From Dehalococcoidia bacterium (GTDB lineage Bacteria; Chloroflexota; Dehalococcoidia; UBA2247; RBG-13-53-26), in assembly GCA_016932645.1 (NCBI GenBank), contig JAFGCL010000033.1:1-42986 (forward strand): a stretch of 42,986 nt of DNA, in the 5' to 3' direction. Position 1 is the first letter of the stretch; the number at the start of each line of letters is the position of its first letter. The position numbers and the translations under genes are program-made. This document shows, piece by piece, positions 16,269 to 25,453 of this stretch. Under the pieces are notes generated by a model, which did not search any database, was not told the DNA's origin, and was given only the letters and a program-made list of their open reading frames with translations.

Positions 16269-16421
16269 ATGGGCAGAAAGGACTACGGAGGCAGAGAGGC
16301 CAGGAAACCCAAGAAGGACGCCAAGAAACAGATTGTGTCTGAGGTGCTCACACAACCGGTGACCGTGCAGGTGATTAAGACGAAGGGCAAGAAGGAGCCG
16401 CCTCCAGAGGAGGGGGGATAA
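16269..16421 (+). CDS. Small, highly basic protein (50 aa), hypothetical
   Basis: GAGGTGA lies 6 nt before the ATG. Sequence: MGRKDYGGREARKPKKDAKKQIVSEVLTQPVTVQVIKTKGKKEPPPEEGG. Not in the ORF track because it is under 60 aa. It is in the same frame as the downstream radical SAM gene. Confidence 0.4.
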   Translation: MGRKDYGGREARKPKKDAKKQIVSEVLTQPVTVQVIKTKGKKEPPPEEGG

Positions 16422-16571
16422 GGACGGGCGGCCTATCTGCGGCTTGACGCCGAGGCTGAAATCCGCGAAAGGACAGAATCTGCCAGAAAGATTCTCACAG
16501 ATTGCGAACTCTGCCCTAGGCGCTGTCACGTCAACCGGCTGAAGGGTGAACAGGGCCAGTGTCACACCGGC

Positions 16572-17357
16572 GTGAGGGCGGTCGTTTCCAGCTACGGGCC
16601 TCACTTCGGTGAGGAATTACCCCTCGTCGGGACAGGCGGTTCTGGAACGGTATTCTTCGCCCACTGCAACCTTCATTGCGTTTTCTGCCAGAACTACTCC
16701 ATAAGCCAGATCGGCGATGGCAGCGAGGTAAGCGATCGGGACCTGGCGTACATGATGCTTTCACTCCAACAGAGAGGATGCCACAATATCAACCTAGTCA
16801 CCCCCACGCACGTTATACCCCAGATTCTGGGGGCTCTGGAACTGGCCATCACCGGCGGGCTACATGTTCCCCTCGTGTACAACTGCGGAGGGTATGAATC
16901 AGTGGACACGCTGAAGCTCCTTGACGGGATCGTGGACGTGTACATGCCGGACATGAAGTATGCCGACAGCCTGATCGCCCGGGAGTACTCAGGCATTGAC
17001 GACTACGCTGAAGTCAACAGGGCTGCTGTGAAGGAAATGCATCGACAGGTCGGGGACCTGGAGATCGATGATCAAGGCGTGGCCATCAGAGGCCTTCTAG
17101 TGCGCCACCTCGTTCTCCCTGAAGGACTTGGGGGAACAGACGAGATCGCCGGGTACCTCGCCAAAGAAGTGTCGTTGAATACCTACTTAAACATCATGGC
17201 CCAATACCATCCTTGCCACAGGGCCCACGAGTTCCCACCGTTGAGCCGGTCCGTCACAAAAGAGGAATACCTGGAAGCTGTCACGCTGGCGCTGCAGCAT
17301 GGATTGACCCGTCTGGACCAAGTTCAATATCCGCGAACGGCGAGGGCGTTTCGGTGA
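16572..17357 (+). CDS. Radical SAM protein, PflX family (COG1313, PFL-activase-like). The true N-terminus is probably upstream, near 16437.
   Basis: Contains the CNLHCVFCQN CX3CX2C motif. The family-typical CELCPRRCHVNRLKGEQGQC segment is encoded in frame upstream of GTG 16572, with no ATG/GTG/TTG available. Confidence 0.8.
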   Translation: MRAVVSSYGPHFGEELPLVGTGGSGTVFFAHCNLHCVFCQNYSISQIGDGSEVSDRDLAYMMLSLQQRGCHNINLVTPTHVIPQILGALELAITGGLHVPLVYNCGGYESVDTLKLLDGIVDVYMPDMKYADSLIAREYSGIDDYAEVNRAAVKEMHRQVGDLEIDDQGVAIRGLLVRHLVLPEGLGGTDEIAGYLAKEVSLNTYLNIMAQYHPCHRAHEFPPLSRSVTKEEYLEAVTLALQHGLTRLDQVQYPRTARAFR

Positions 17358-17358
17358 G

Positions 17359-17655
17359 ATGAGCAAGGAAGATCCGACATTGGCCTCGTTCCACGCCCTG
17401 GTCACGGGCATCGTGCAGGGGGTGTACTTCCGCGCCTTCGTGGAGAGTCGCGCCCGGGCACTGGGGCTGACCGGTTACGTGCGCAACGTCACCCAATCCG
17501 GGGCCGTGGAGGTTGAGGCCGAGGGCGACAAGACGAGGCTGGAGCAGCTGATCGGGCACCTGCGCCAGGGCCCGCGGGCAGCCAAGGTGGACAAGGTGGA
17601 TGTGCATTGGGGAACCTACTCCGGACGTTTCTCCGGATTTGACATCACGCGCTAG
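17359..17655 (+). CDS. acyP: Acylphosphatase
   Basis: 98 aa with VTGIVQGVYFRAFV...GYVRN...VEVEAEG, typical of AcyP. The ATG lies 1 nt after the upstream stop. Confidence 0.85.
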   Translation: MSKEDPTLASFHALVTGIVQGVYFRAFVESRARALGLTGYVRNVTQSGAVEVEAEGDKTRLEQLIGHLRQGPRAAKVDKVDVHWGTYSGRFSGFDITR

Positions 17656-17662
17656 CGTCCGC

Positions 17663-18583
17663 TCAGTCCAGGAGCAATCCGAGGAGAATCCCCACACCGG
17701 TCAGCAGCGTAGTGAGAAGTATGACCAGTATGTTCGAGCCGAGGGAAGGCATGAGCTTCTCTATGTCGTCGTAGTTCTTCAGGGCCCCCATGACCGTCTT
17801 CACTGCCAATGGCAGAGTGAGCAGTCCGATCAAGGCCGTTAGCGGCAGGACGCCCACTCCAACCGACACAGCCAAGCTGACGTAGGTGGCCAGCATCAGG
17901 ACAGCGTACACCCTGGCGCTGATCTGCCGGCCAAAGGCTATGGGGATGTGACGGCGCGAAGCCACCTTGTCGGCCTCCACATCGGGGAACTGGTTCAACA
18001 ATAGCAGATTCGACACCAGGAATCCCGGCACCAGGGAAGCCAGCCCAGCGGTCACCGAGTACTGACCAGTCTGGGCGAAGTACGAGCCGACTACCATCAC
18101 TGGTCCGAAGCCAAAGCCCGGCGCAATGGCACAGAGCAACGGATTCTTGGTGATGTGCGTTGTGTAGAGATAGACCACCAGCATGCCTGCAATGCCCAGC
18201 GGCAGTATCTGCCAACCCCATTCGACTACGAAGTAGATGCCAATCGCGCCAACCCCAACAAGACTGGCCAGACCGAGCACATATACTTGCTGCGCCTTGA
18301 GTAGCCCTGCGGGCAGCATGCCGCTGCCGCCGCTGAATGGCGTTCTGTTGGTAGCAAGGTCGATCCCGCTCCGGTAGTCAAAGTAGTCATTCAGCACGTT
18401 CACGCTAATATGCGCCAGCAGCGCCCCCACAAAAGTGAGGATAACGTGGAGAGGTTGAAGATGAAAGCCATCGTATGCCGCTGCTCCCACTCCCACCAGC
18501 ACGCAGATCGGCGTGAGAATCAGGAATTGCGGCCTAGTCTCCAAGAACCAAGTCTTGAGGCTCCCTGCAGAAGCTGTCGCCAC
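17663..18583 (-). CDS. menA: UbiA-family prenyltransferase, MenA-like (1,4-dihydroxy-2-naphthoate polyprenyltransferase)
   Basis: 306 aa with about 8 TM helices. It has the NDYFDYRSGID motif and an RPQFL N-terminus. Confidence 0.7.
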   Translation of the reverse strand: MATASAGSLKTWFLETRPQFLILTPICVLVGVGAAAYDGFHLQPLHVILTFVGALLAHISVNVLNDYFDYRSGIDLATNRTPFSGGSGMLPAGLLKAQQVYVLGLASLVGVGAIGIYFVVEWGWQILPLGIAGMLVVYLYTTHITKNPLLCAIAPGFGFGPVMVVGSYFAQTGQYSVTAGLASLVPGFLVSNLLLLNQFPDVEADKVASRRHIPIAFGRQISARVYAVLMLATYVSLAVSVGVGVLPLTALIGLLTLPLAVKTVMGALKNYDDIEKLMPSLGSNILVILLTTLLTGVGILLGLLLD

Positions 18584-18628
18584 TGTCTAACCTCCGTGAT
18601 AATATGAGAGCATCTCGTCTGGGCCGTA

Positions 18629-19495
18629 TCACAACCCGGCAGCGTCAATTATATCCGATGTCCTCTTCTCCTGGCCAATCGCTATGATGTGGACCCCCTG
18701 ACAGAGACCCTTCACCCCGGTGATAGTCCTGACAGCGATCTCCACGCCCTTTGCCGCCTTATCTGAGGCCTTGTCCATCTCATCAATGAGGTTCTCGGGA
18801 ACGCGTATTCCAGCCGCCTTCTCGTTCATGTAGCGCCCCATCGCCGCCGAGCGCAACACCACTATCCCGGCCAGGACGGGCACCTTCAGGTGCCGCACCA
18901 TAGACATGAAGTCAGCGAACTTCCTGGCATCATAGATCGCCTGAGTCTGGAAGAACTGCGCCCCGGCTTCCACCTTCTTCTCCATCTTCATGATCTGCGG
19001 CTCGATGAAATCAGCCTCGGGACTGACGCAAGCGCCAACGAAGAAGCGGGGCGCTCCATTCAGTTCCTTTCCGGCGAGATCATGTCCGTTCTCCAGCTCG
19101 CGAGCCGTCTCGATCAGTGAGACCGAGTCCAGGTCAAACACTGGCTTCGCTTGGGGATGGTCGCCCAAGGTGACATAATCCCCGGTCAGGCAGAGGACAT
19201 TCTCGATCCCCAGCGCGTAGGCACTGAGAAGATCCGACTGGAGAGCGATACGGTTCCGGTCGCGGCAGGTAATCTGAAACACGGGCTCCATGCCCCATTG
19301 GTTCAGTAGACAGCAGCCAGCCAGTGAACCCAGCCGCATCACCGAGCTCTGCTGATCAGTAACGTTCACCGCATCGACCTTGCCGCGCACCCGCTCAGCG
19401 CTGCGTTTCATCTCTGTGACGTCGACTCCCTTCGGGGGGCCCACCTCGCAAGTAATCACGAATCTTCCGGCGGCAAGCTTCTCTCTTAGATTCAC
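18629..19495 (-). CDS. metF: Methylenetetrahydrofolate reductase MetF (acetogen/anaerobe type)
   Basis: 288 aa with FVITCEVGPPKG...VNVTDQQ...QITCRDRNR. Its GTG start overlaps the metV TGA (GTGA). Confidence 0.85.
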   Translation of the reverse strand: MNLREKLAAGRFVITCEVGPPKGVDVTEMKRSAERVRGKVDAVNVTDQQSSVMRLGSLAGCCLLNQWGMEPVFQITCRDRNRIALQSDLLSAYALGIENVLCLTGDYVTLGDHPQAKPVFDLDSVSLIETARELENGHDLAGKELNGAPRFFVGACVSPEADFIEPQIMKMEKKVEAGAQFFQTQAIYDARKFADFMSMVRHLKVPVLAGIVVLRSAAMGRYMNEKAAGIRVPENLIDEMDKASDKAAKGVEIAVRTITGVKGLCQGVHIIAIGQEKRTSDIIDAAGL

Positions 19496-20157
19496 TTCAG
19501 ATCACCGTCCTTGCCGTCAAGGAGGTAGACGCCAGGCTGGGTGCTGGCGCTGAAGTTCCTAAGAGAGCGGCGCTTTCTCAGATTGTCCAGCTTCCCCTGC
19601 TGGCTCAGCCGCTCGTAGATGACTTCCCACGCGCAGTCTCTGGCGGACGACACTTCGCACTTGCCATTCTTTGCCCCACCGCACGGGCCATTGAGCAGAC
19701 CCTTGGGGCAGGCAGTGATCGGGCAGATTCCCCCCGTCCACCCCAAGACGCATTCCCCACACTGCACACAGACCTCAGAGAACACCCCGGGCGACATCTC
19801 CTGCCCCATGAACAGCGTGTCCAGAGCGGGATACACGGGTTTGTCGGTGTAGAGAGCCAGGGTCTGCACACCATAGGCGCAGGCCATCACCAGGATGCAG
19901 TCGGCCTCGTCGATCGCCTTAACGTTCTCCGACACTGCCTCACGATCCTGAGCGTCGCAAACGGTGGGGATCACGACCGAACCGGTGATCGTCTTGCCGA
20001 GGTCCACCAGACGTCTCGCCATCTCCAGCACTTCATCCTTGCCCCCTGTGTGGCACATCGTGGCACACGTGCCACAGCCAACCAGAAAGACACTGGACTC
20101 CTTCTCCAGCAGTCTCTCGATCTCCGCCAACCCCTTCTGTTTGGTAATCGCCTTCAA
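19492..20157 (-). CDS. metV: MetV, MTHFR-associated zinc/Fe-S protein (MTHFR_C domain)
   Basis: 221 aa with the Cys-rich VCVQCGECVLGWTGGICPITACPKGLLNGPCGG segment typical of MetV. Confidence 0.75.
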   Translation of the reverse strand: MKAITKQKGLAEIERLLEKESSVFLVGCGTCATMCHTGGKDEVLEMARRLVDLGKTITGSVVIPTVCDAQDREAVSENVKAIDEADCILVMACAYGVQTLALYTDKPVYPALDTLFMGQEMSPGVFSEVCVQCGECVLGWTGGICPITACPKGLLNGPCGGAKNGKCEVSSARDCAWEVIYERLSQQGKLDNLRKRRSLRNFSASTQPGVYLLDGKDGDLK

Positions 20158-20182
20158 ACCGAAACCGCCTCGCTCTCCATTG

Positions 20183-21412
20183 CTAGGAAGAAATGTGAGC
20201 CTCGTATTCGTGACGGAAGTACCGCAGACTGTCCATCACTGGATAGGGAGCGGCCTGCCCCAGCCCGCACGACGAGGTCAGCATCATGGCCGCGGACAGA
20301 TCCTCCAAAGCCTTCAAATCCTTTCTCCGTCCCTTTCCGTCGACTATCCTGGCCAGAGTCTCTGCCATCGACTGCGTCCCCTCGCGGCACGGGGCGCACT
20401 TGCCACAAGACTCCTCGGCAAAGAACTCCATCGTCTGCCGCATGATATCCACCACGTCTCTGCTCTTGTCAAAGACGATGACGGGCCCGGCGCCCAGCAC
20501 ACTCTCGTACGAGAGCGCAACATCCATCTTGTCGGCAGGCACAATCCTGCCCGACGCACCGCCGACCTGAACCATCTTGACATCTCCAGCCGAGGCAAGC
20601 CCTTCCACCAACTCCCTCAGCGAACTACCCATCTCCAATTCGTACACCCCAGGGCGCTCAACGTCGCCACAGACTGAGAACACCTTCGTTCCCTTGCTCT
20701 CTTCGGTACCCATCCCGCAAAACCGATTCGCTCCGTTGGCCACAACCCACGGTATGTTCATCAGGGTCTCGACGTTGTTGATCACTGTCGGAAAGCCCAG
20801 CAGCCCTTGCGACGGCGGAAATGGGGGTCTGGCCCGCGGTTCGCCCCTACGCCCTTCTAATGATTCCATCAGCGCCGTCTCTTCGCCGCACACATATCCG
20901 CCGCTGCCCAGCCGCAATTCGATACCAAACCTATGTCCGCCGATACCAAGAAACCCCTCCTTCTCTGCTTCAGCGATCGCTCCGATCAGAAAGGGTGCGA
21001 GATGAGCGTACTCCGAGCGCAAATACAGGTACGCCTTGTTGGCCCCGACAGCATACCCCGCGATGGCAATGCCTTCTATCAACGTGAACGGATCCTTTTC
21101 CAGAATGTACCTGTCCTTGAAGGCTCCGACCTCACCCTCTGACGCATTGCAGATGACGTACTTCATCTGGCTGGGTGACTGCGCTGTCTGCTCCCACTTC
21201 AGCCCCGTGGGGAAACCACCGCCCCCCCTGCCCCGCAGCCCCGATCGCCTCACCTCACCCACCACCTGCGCCGGAGTCATGCCGGACTGCACACGGCGCA
21301 GGGCCTTGAATCCACCCCGTGCCAGGTACGATTTGACATCTTGCGGGTCAATCACCCCGCAGTTCCTCAGCACCAGCAACTTCTGTGGCAATGAACTTAC
21401 CTCGTCTCCCAA
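20183..21412 (-). CDS. nuoF: NuoF/HoxF-like NAD(H)-binding FMN Fe-S flavoprotein
   Basis: 409 aa with the GRGGGGFPTGLKW FMN site and the ESCGKCAPCREG [4Fe-4S] motif. Confidence 0.9.
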   Translation of the reverse strand: MGDEVSSLPQKLLVLRNCGVIDPQDVKSYLARGGFKALRRVQSGMTPAQVVGEVRRSGLRGRGGGGFPTGLKWEQTAQSPSQMKYVICNASEGEVGAFKDRYILEKDPFTLIEGIAIAGYAVGANKAYLYLRSEYAHLAPFLIGAIAEAEKEGFLGIGGHRFGIELRLGSGGYVCGEETALMESLEGRRGEPRARPPFPPSQGLLGFPTVINNVETLMNIPWVVANGANRFCGMGTEESKGTKVFSVCGDVERPGVYELEMGSSLRELVEGLASAGDVKMVQVGGASGRIVPADKMDVALSYESVLGAGPVIVFDKSRDVVDIMRQTMEFFAEESCGKCAPCREGTQSMAETLARIVDGKGRRKDLKALEDLSAAMMLTSSCGLGQAAPYPVMDSLRYFRHEYEAHISS

Positions 21413-21413
21413 T

Positions 21414-21848
21414 CTACCGGTATCCCGCCAGTATCTCCGTCACTCTCTCGGCAGTGAGATCGCCGAAGACCTCGTCATCTATCATCATAGCCGGGGCCCT
21501 GTCACAAGCGCCAATGCAGTTCACCAGCTCCAGCGAGAACAGGCCATCCTGGCTGGTCTGCCCCGGTCCAATACCCAGTTCCCTTTCTACCGCGTGAATG
21601 ATCGACCCGTTGTGCTTGAGATAGCACGGCACGCTCTTGCACACCCTGATGACGTGTTTCCCGTGGGGCCTCAGCGGCAGACCCCGGTAGAAAGTCGCCG
21701 CACTGTAGACATCCACCACCGGAAGACCCAGTGCATCCGCCAAACCGATCAGAGCGTGCTCCGGAATATAGCCGTACACTTCGCGGGTGCGCTCCAGGAG
21801 AAGCAACAGGCTGCTATCCAGCCTAGCGTCGTTGGTGCTTGAAGCCAT
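21414..21848 (-). CDS. nuoE: NuoE/HoxE-like thioredoxin-fold [2Fe-2S] ferredoxin
   Basis: 144 aa with CKSVPC (CX4C) and CIGACDRAPAMMID (CX3C). Confidence 0.9.
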   Translation of the reverse strand: MASSTNDARLDSSLLLLLERTREVYGYIPEHALIGLADALGLPVVDVYSAATFYRGLPLRPHGKHVIRVCKSVPCYLKHNGSIIHAVERELGIGPGQTSQDGLFSLELVNCIGACDRAPAMMIDDEVFGDLTAERVTEILAGYR

Positions 21849-21857
21849 ATAGCGGTA

Positions 21858-22640
21858 TCAACCCCCTGGCTCTCCCTCATGCGGGGAAGAGAATGTATGC
21901 GACTGAGGGACACCCTTAGATTCGCCGGTCCGCCTCAGGCGGACACCGTCACGGCAATCCCTGTAGGAGCGCCTCTCCACATCCTCACGTTTCGCCAATG
22001 CCCCCACCGGGCACACGGATATGCACACATCACAAGACTGGCAGACCTCGGCATCGAGCGGTTGGTCACGGCCGGCTATCACCTTGGAGCCGAAGCCCTG
22101 ATAGCCCATGGCCAGGATATCCGCTTTCTTGATCTCGTGACAGGCCCGGACGCATCTGCGGCACAGTATGCACTTGGTGAGGTCGCGGACAACGTGCGGG
22201 CCGGCATCCTCCGATGGATAGTAGTGCCGCTTCATCCTGAAGCGCGGCATGGTGATTCCCAGGTCACCAGCTATCTGCCGGAGTTCGCAGTCGTTGCCCT
22301 TGTCACAGACCAGGCAAACGTCGGGATGGCTGGCCAGCATAAGTTCGACCAGGGTCCTGCGAGTCTCGATCACCTTAGGCGAATGCGTCTGGATGACCAT
22401 CCCCGGCGCAATCCGAGTCTGGCACGCTGGCATCAGCGTTCTGCATCCCTCAACCTCAACGACGCATATCCGGCAAACGCCGATGGGAGTCAAGTCAGGA
22501 TGATAGCAGAGAGTAGGGATGTCCACGCGGTTCTGCCGCGCCAGTTCCAGGATGGTCATGCCGAGGCTGCCATGGACCTTGGCCCCGTTCAGAATCACCT
22601 CTATCTTCACGCGGGATCCTTGTTCTGGGAATTTCCCCAC
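21858..22640 (-). CDS. HoxU / NuoG-N-terminal-like Fe-S subunit ([2Fe-2S] plus [4Fe-4S] clusters, no molybdopterin domain)
   Basis: 260 aa with ILNG...LCYHPDLTPIGVCRICVVEVEG, HPDVCLVCDKGNDCELR, CILCRRCVRAC and CQSCDVCISVCPVGAL. Confidence 0.85.
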   Translation of the reverse strand: MGKFPEQGSRVKIEVILNGAKVHGSLGMTILELARQNRVDIPTLCYHPDLTPIGVCRICVVEVEGCRTLMPACQTRIAPGMVIQTHSPKVIETRRTLVELMLASHPDVCLVCDKGNDCELRQIAGDLGITMPRFRMKRHYYPSEDAGPHVVRDLTKCILCRRCVRACHEIKKADILAMGYQGFGSKVIAGRDQPLDAEVCQSCDVCISVCPVGALAKREDVERRSYRDCRDGVRLRRTGESKGVPQSHTFSSPHEGEPGG

Positions 22641-22713
22641 CTCTAGTGAGATTCAGGGATTCAGCCACACATGGCCGGAGCGGCAAGACCTCATAATCGA
22701 AGCGCCGAACCTG

Positions 22714-22977
22714 TCAGAGCACGATGGAAAGAACAATCAAGAGGACCACGAGCGCTGCCGCCACTATGACGATATTGCGCAGGTCCTTGCCGAGATGTGG
22801 GTTGGCCAGCACCGGCTGCTTAACGGGTGGTGGAGCCTTAGCAACGGAAGGTGCTTTCTGGATGGCCACCTGCCTCGACGGACCTACAGCCTGGCCCGGC
22901 TGCTGGCTCACGAAGCCCGGCCTGGAAGCACCCTGACGATGATGTGGTCTTCTGCCCCGACGGCGGTCCTTAGGCAT
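22714..22977 (-). CDS. Small tail-anchored membrane protein, hypothetical
   Basis: [10 protein letters not shown]..., a basic/Pro-rich N-terminus followed by the C-terminal helix IVIVAAALVVLLIVLSIVL. It overlaps the recX 3' end by a few nt. Confidence 0.4.
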   Translation of the reverse strand: MPKDRRRGRRPHHRQGASRPGFVSQQPGQAVGPSRQVAIQKAPSVAKAPPPVKQPVLANPHLGKDLRNIVIVAAALVVLLIVLSIVL

Positions 22978-23455
22978 CCTTGACATTCTCCCGCCACAGT
23001 CTAGTCACTGTGTGTTCAGTCACCTCATAGCTGAACCCGCGCCGTCTCAGAACGGCGCTTAGCTTCGTTCGAAAGTCATCACGATCCGCTCTTCCCAACC
23101 TGGCGGCCTTCTTCTGCGCCGTCCTGTACGCAGCCGCTTCCTCGTCCACACCAGCCAGTGCTTCGTCCACCACTTCCGGACCAACGCCCTTCTGCTTCAG
23201 CTCGCTCCGCAGCGCAGCGCGACTTCGGGGGCTCGAAGACTCACGGCTCTCCCTCCAGAAACGCGCAAAAGCCAGGTCATCCACCAACCCCTTCGTCTTC
23301 AGTGTCGACAGTGTGCTCACTATGGTCTGGCGGCCGAATCCTTTCCTCTCCAACCAGACTCTCATCTCGAACTCGCTGCGCGGCCGATAGCTCAAGTAAC
23401 GGTACGCCACATCAAGGGGCGATTGCTGCTGGGAAGCAGACTTCGGAGTCATCAC
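22970..23455 (-). CDS. recX: RecA regulator RecX
   Basis: 161 aa with [21 protein letters not shown] and three-helix repeats. Its start overlaps the recA stop (GTGATGA). Confidence 0.85.
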   Translation of the reverse strand: MMTPKSASQQQSPLDVAYRYLSYRPRSEFEMRVWLERKGFGRQTIVSTLSTLKTKGLVDDLAFARFWRESRESSSPRSRAALRSELKQKGVGPEVVDEALAGVDEEAAAYRTAQKKAARLGRADRDDFRTKLSAVLRRRGFSYEVTEHTVTRLWRENVKDA

Positions 23456-24483
23456 GCTTCGCCGCCCTCGTCATCCCCGGTGGGTAGCAGGCCACCCACG
23501 GACATAGCCTTGGCCCTGATCTGGCTCTCTACCTGCTCTGCAATGTCCCCATGTTCCTTAAGGAAAGCCTTGGTGTTCTCCCGCCCCTGCCCCAGGCGCG
23601 TGTCGCCGAACGAGAAGAAGGCACCGGACTTCTTGATAATGCCCATGGCAACCCCCAGATCGACAATGTCGCCTTCCCGGCTTATCCCATGAGCAAACAT
23701 GATGTCGAACTCCGCGGTCCGGAACGGAGGGGCCACCTTGTTCTTCACCACCTTGGCCTTCACTCGATTTCCCACCACATCGGTTCCGGATTTGATGGCA
23801 TCCTTCCGCCTCAGTTCAATCCTCACCGAGCTGTAGAACTTGAGGGCCCGGCCGCCTGGAGTCACTTCAGGGTTCCCAAAGAAGACACCCACCTTCTCCC
23901 GTAGTTGGTTGATGAATATAGCTGCCGTGTTTGACTTGCTTATGGCAGACGTCAGCTTCCGGAGCGCCTGCGACATCAGCCGCGCCTGGAGACCCACCTG
24001 GGCGTCACCCATGTCGCCCTCAATCTCGGCCCTCGGCACCAGGGCCGCCACGGTATCAAGCACGATGACGTCAATGGCGCCGCTTCTCACAAGAGCCTCG
24101 GTTATCTCCAGAGCCTGCTCCGCTGCATCCGGCTGTGATACCAGGATATCCGCGATCTTGACGCCGCAGTGACCGGCATACAGAGGATCAAAGGTATGCT
24201 CCACGTCTATGTACGCCGCCGTCCCGCCCGCCGCTTGAGCCTGGGCCACAATATGATAGGCCAGAGTGGATTTCCCAGAGGACTCCGGCCCGAAGATCTC
24301 GGTGATTCTTCCCCGCGGGATGCCGCCTATGCCCAGAGCGAGGTCAAGAGAGAGGGATCCCGTAGAGATAACGTCCACCGCCAGCATGGTGGTGGATTCG
24401 CCCAACCTCATGACAGCACCCTTGCCAAACTGCTTCTCGATCTGGTCGATGGCTATGTCCAAGGCCTTTTCTTTTTCGATCAT
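23452..24483 (-). CDS. recA: Recombinase RecA
   Basis: 343 aa with [23 protein letters not shown] and Walker [10 protein letters not shown]. Canonical bacterial RecA. Confidence 0.97.
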   Translation of the reverse strand: MIEKEKALDIAIDQIEKQFGKGAVMRLGESTTMLAVDVISTGSLSLDLALGIGGIPRGRITEIFGPESSGKSTLAYHIVAQAQAAGGTAAYIDVEHTFDPLYAGHCGVKIADILVSQPDAAEQALEITEALVRSGAIDVIVLDTVAALVPRAEIEGDMGDAQVGLQARLMSQALRKLTSAISKSNTAAIFINQLREKVGVFFGNPEVTPGGRALKFYSSVRIELRRKDAIKSGTDVVGNRVKAKVVKNKVAPPFRTAEFDIMFAHGISREGDIVDLGVAMGIIKKSGAFFSFGDTRLGQGRENTKAFLKEHGDIAEQVESQIRAKAMSVGGLLPTGDDEGGEA

Positions 24484-24542
24484 CGTGATTCCTTCCTTCT
24501 TTCTTCAGCGGCATGATAGCACAGGCCATGTATCACAACAAC

Positions 24543-25310
24543 CTAGAATGGCGGAATGGGTGCAGGAGCCCGTTTGTGAGCATTCCGGGCTATTCTCTCT
24601 TCGATCTTTCGCCTGACGGCCTCCGGGGCCTTGCCAGTGGTGAAATAGGTATCAAGCTGATCATAGGTCAAGCCCATTTCCTGTTCGTCAGTCTGCCCTG
24701 CCCAGAGCCCGGCTGAGGGTGGCTTGTCTATGATGACCTGTGGGACACCCAGATGCCGTGCCAGATCGCGCACCTGCGACTTCACCAGATTACCCAAGGG
24801 CATGACATCTACGCCGCCGTCGCCGTACTTGCTGAAGTAACCAACGCTCAGTTCGCAGCGATTGCTGGAGCCCACCACGAGGTAGCCGAGGCGATTGGCA
24901 AAGAAATAGATAGTGGCCATTCTCAGCCGGGGTTTAAGGTTGCTCTCTGCCAGTTTTCTATGCTCTCTCCCATCAGGCGGCAACACGGACATGAGGCTAT
25001 CATAGACGGAATCGAGAACCACGGTCTCCGTAGGGATGTTGAACTTCTCGGCCACCAGTCTGGCATGCTCGGTGTCATCAGGAATGCTGTGGCATGGCAG
25101 AAGCAACCCCAGTGTCGTCTCAGCAAAAGATCGTTTGCAGAGTATAGCTACTACCGAGGAATCAATGCCGCCGCTCATGCCCACCACCAACCCTTTGGCG
25201 CCCGCTTCCCCGGCCTTGTCCTTCAGCCACTCCACCAGTCTTGAGGTTAATCGCTCCATCTGAAACGCTCTTGTTGTGGTAGTATATCCTCTACTGATCG
25301 CATGCGTCAA
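24543..25310 (-). CDS. nadE: NH3-dependent NAD+ synthetase
   Basis: 255 aa with the GMSGGIDSSVVA PP-loop and a NadE-typical C-terminus. Confidence 0.9.
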   Translation of the reverse strand: MTHAISRGYTTTTRAFQMERLTSRLVEWLKDKAGEAGAKGLVVGMSGGIDSSVVAILCKRSFAETTLGLLLPCHSIPDDTEHARLVAEKFNIPTETVVLDSVYDSLMSVLPPDGREHRKLAESNLKPRLRMATIYFFANRLGYLVVGSSNRCELSVGYFSKYGDGGVDVMPLGNLVKSQVRDLARHLGVPQVIIDKPPSAGLWAGQTDEQEMGLTYDQLDTYFTTGKAPEAVRRKIEERIARNAHKRAPAPIPPF

Positions 25311-25418
25311 AATACAAGAGAGGTGCAGTCCACCTTAGGCGGCTCGGGTGTCCTTCGGAAGAGGTGCAGGAGAAGACTCCTGCCGGGGGAACTGTGGGTG
25401 TCCCCCAGCTTGTCCTTT

Positions 25419-25452
25419 TATTCCCCCGAGTTTGGGGGACTCAAGGGGGTTG
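25419..25452. repeat. REP-like G/C hairpin element, copy A
   Basis: TATTCCCCCgagtttGGGGGACTCAAGGGGGTTG. A second stem, GGGGGA..TCCCCC, lies just upstream (25385-25407). It is related to 30496-30529. Confidence 0.6.
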
Positions 25453-25453
25453 G

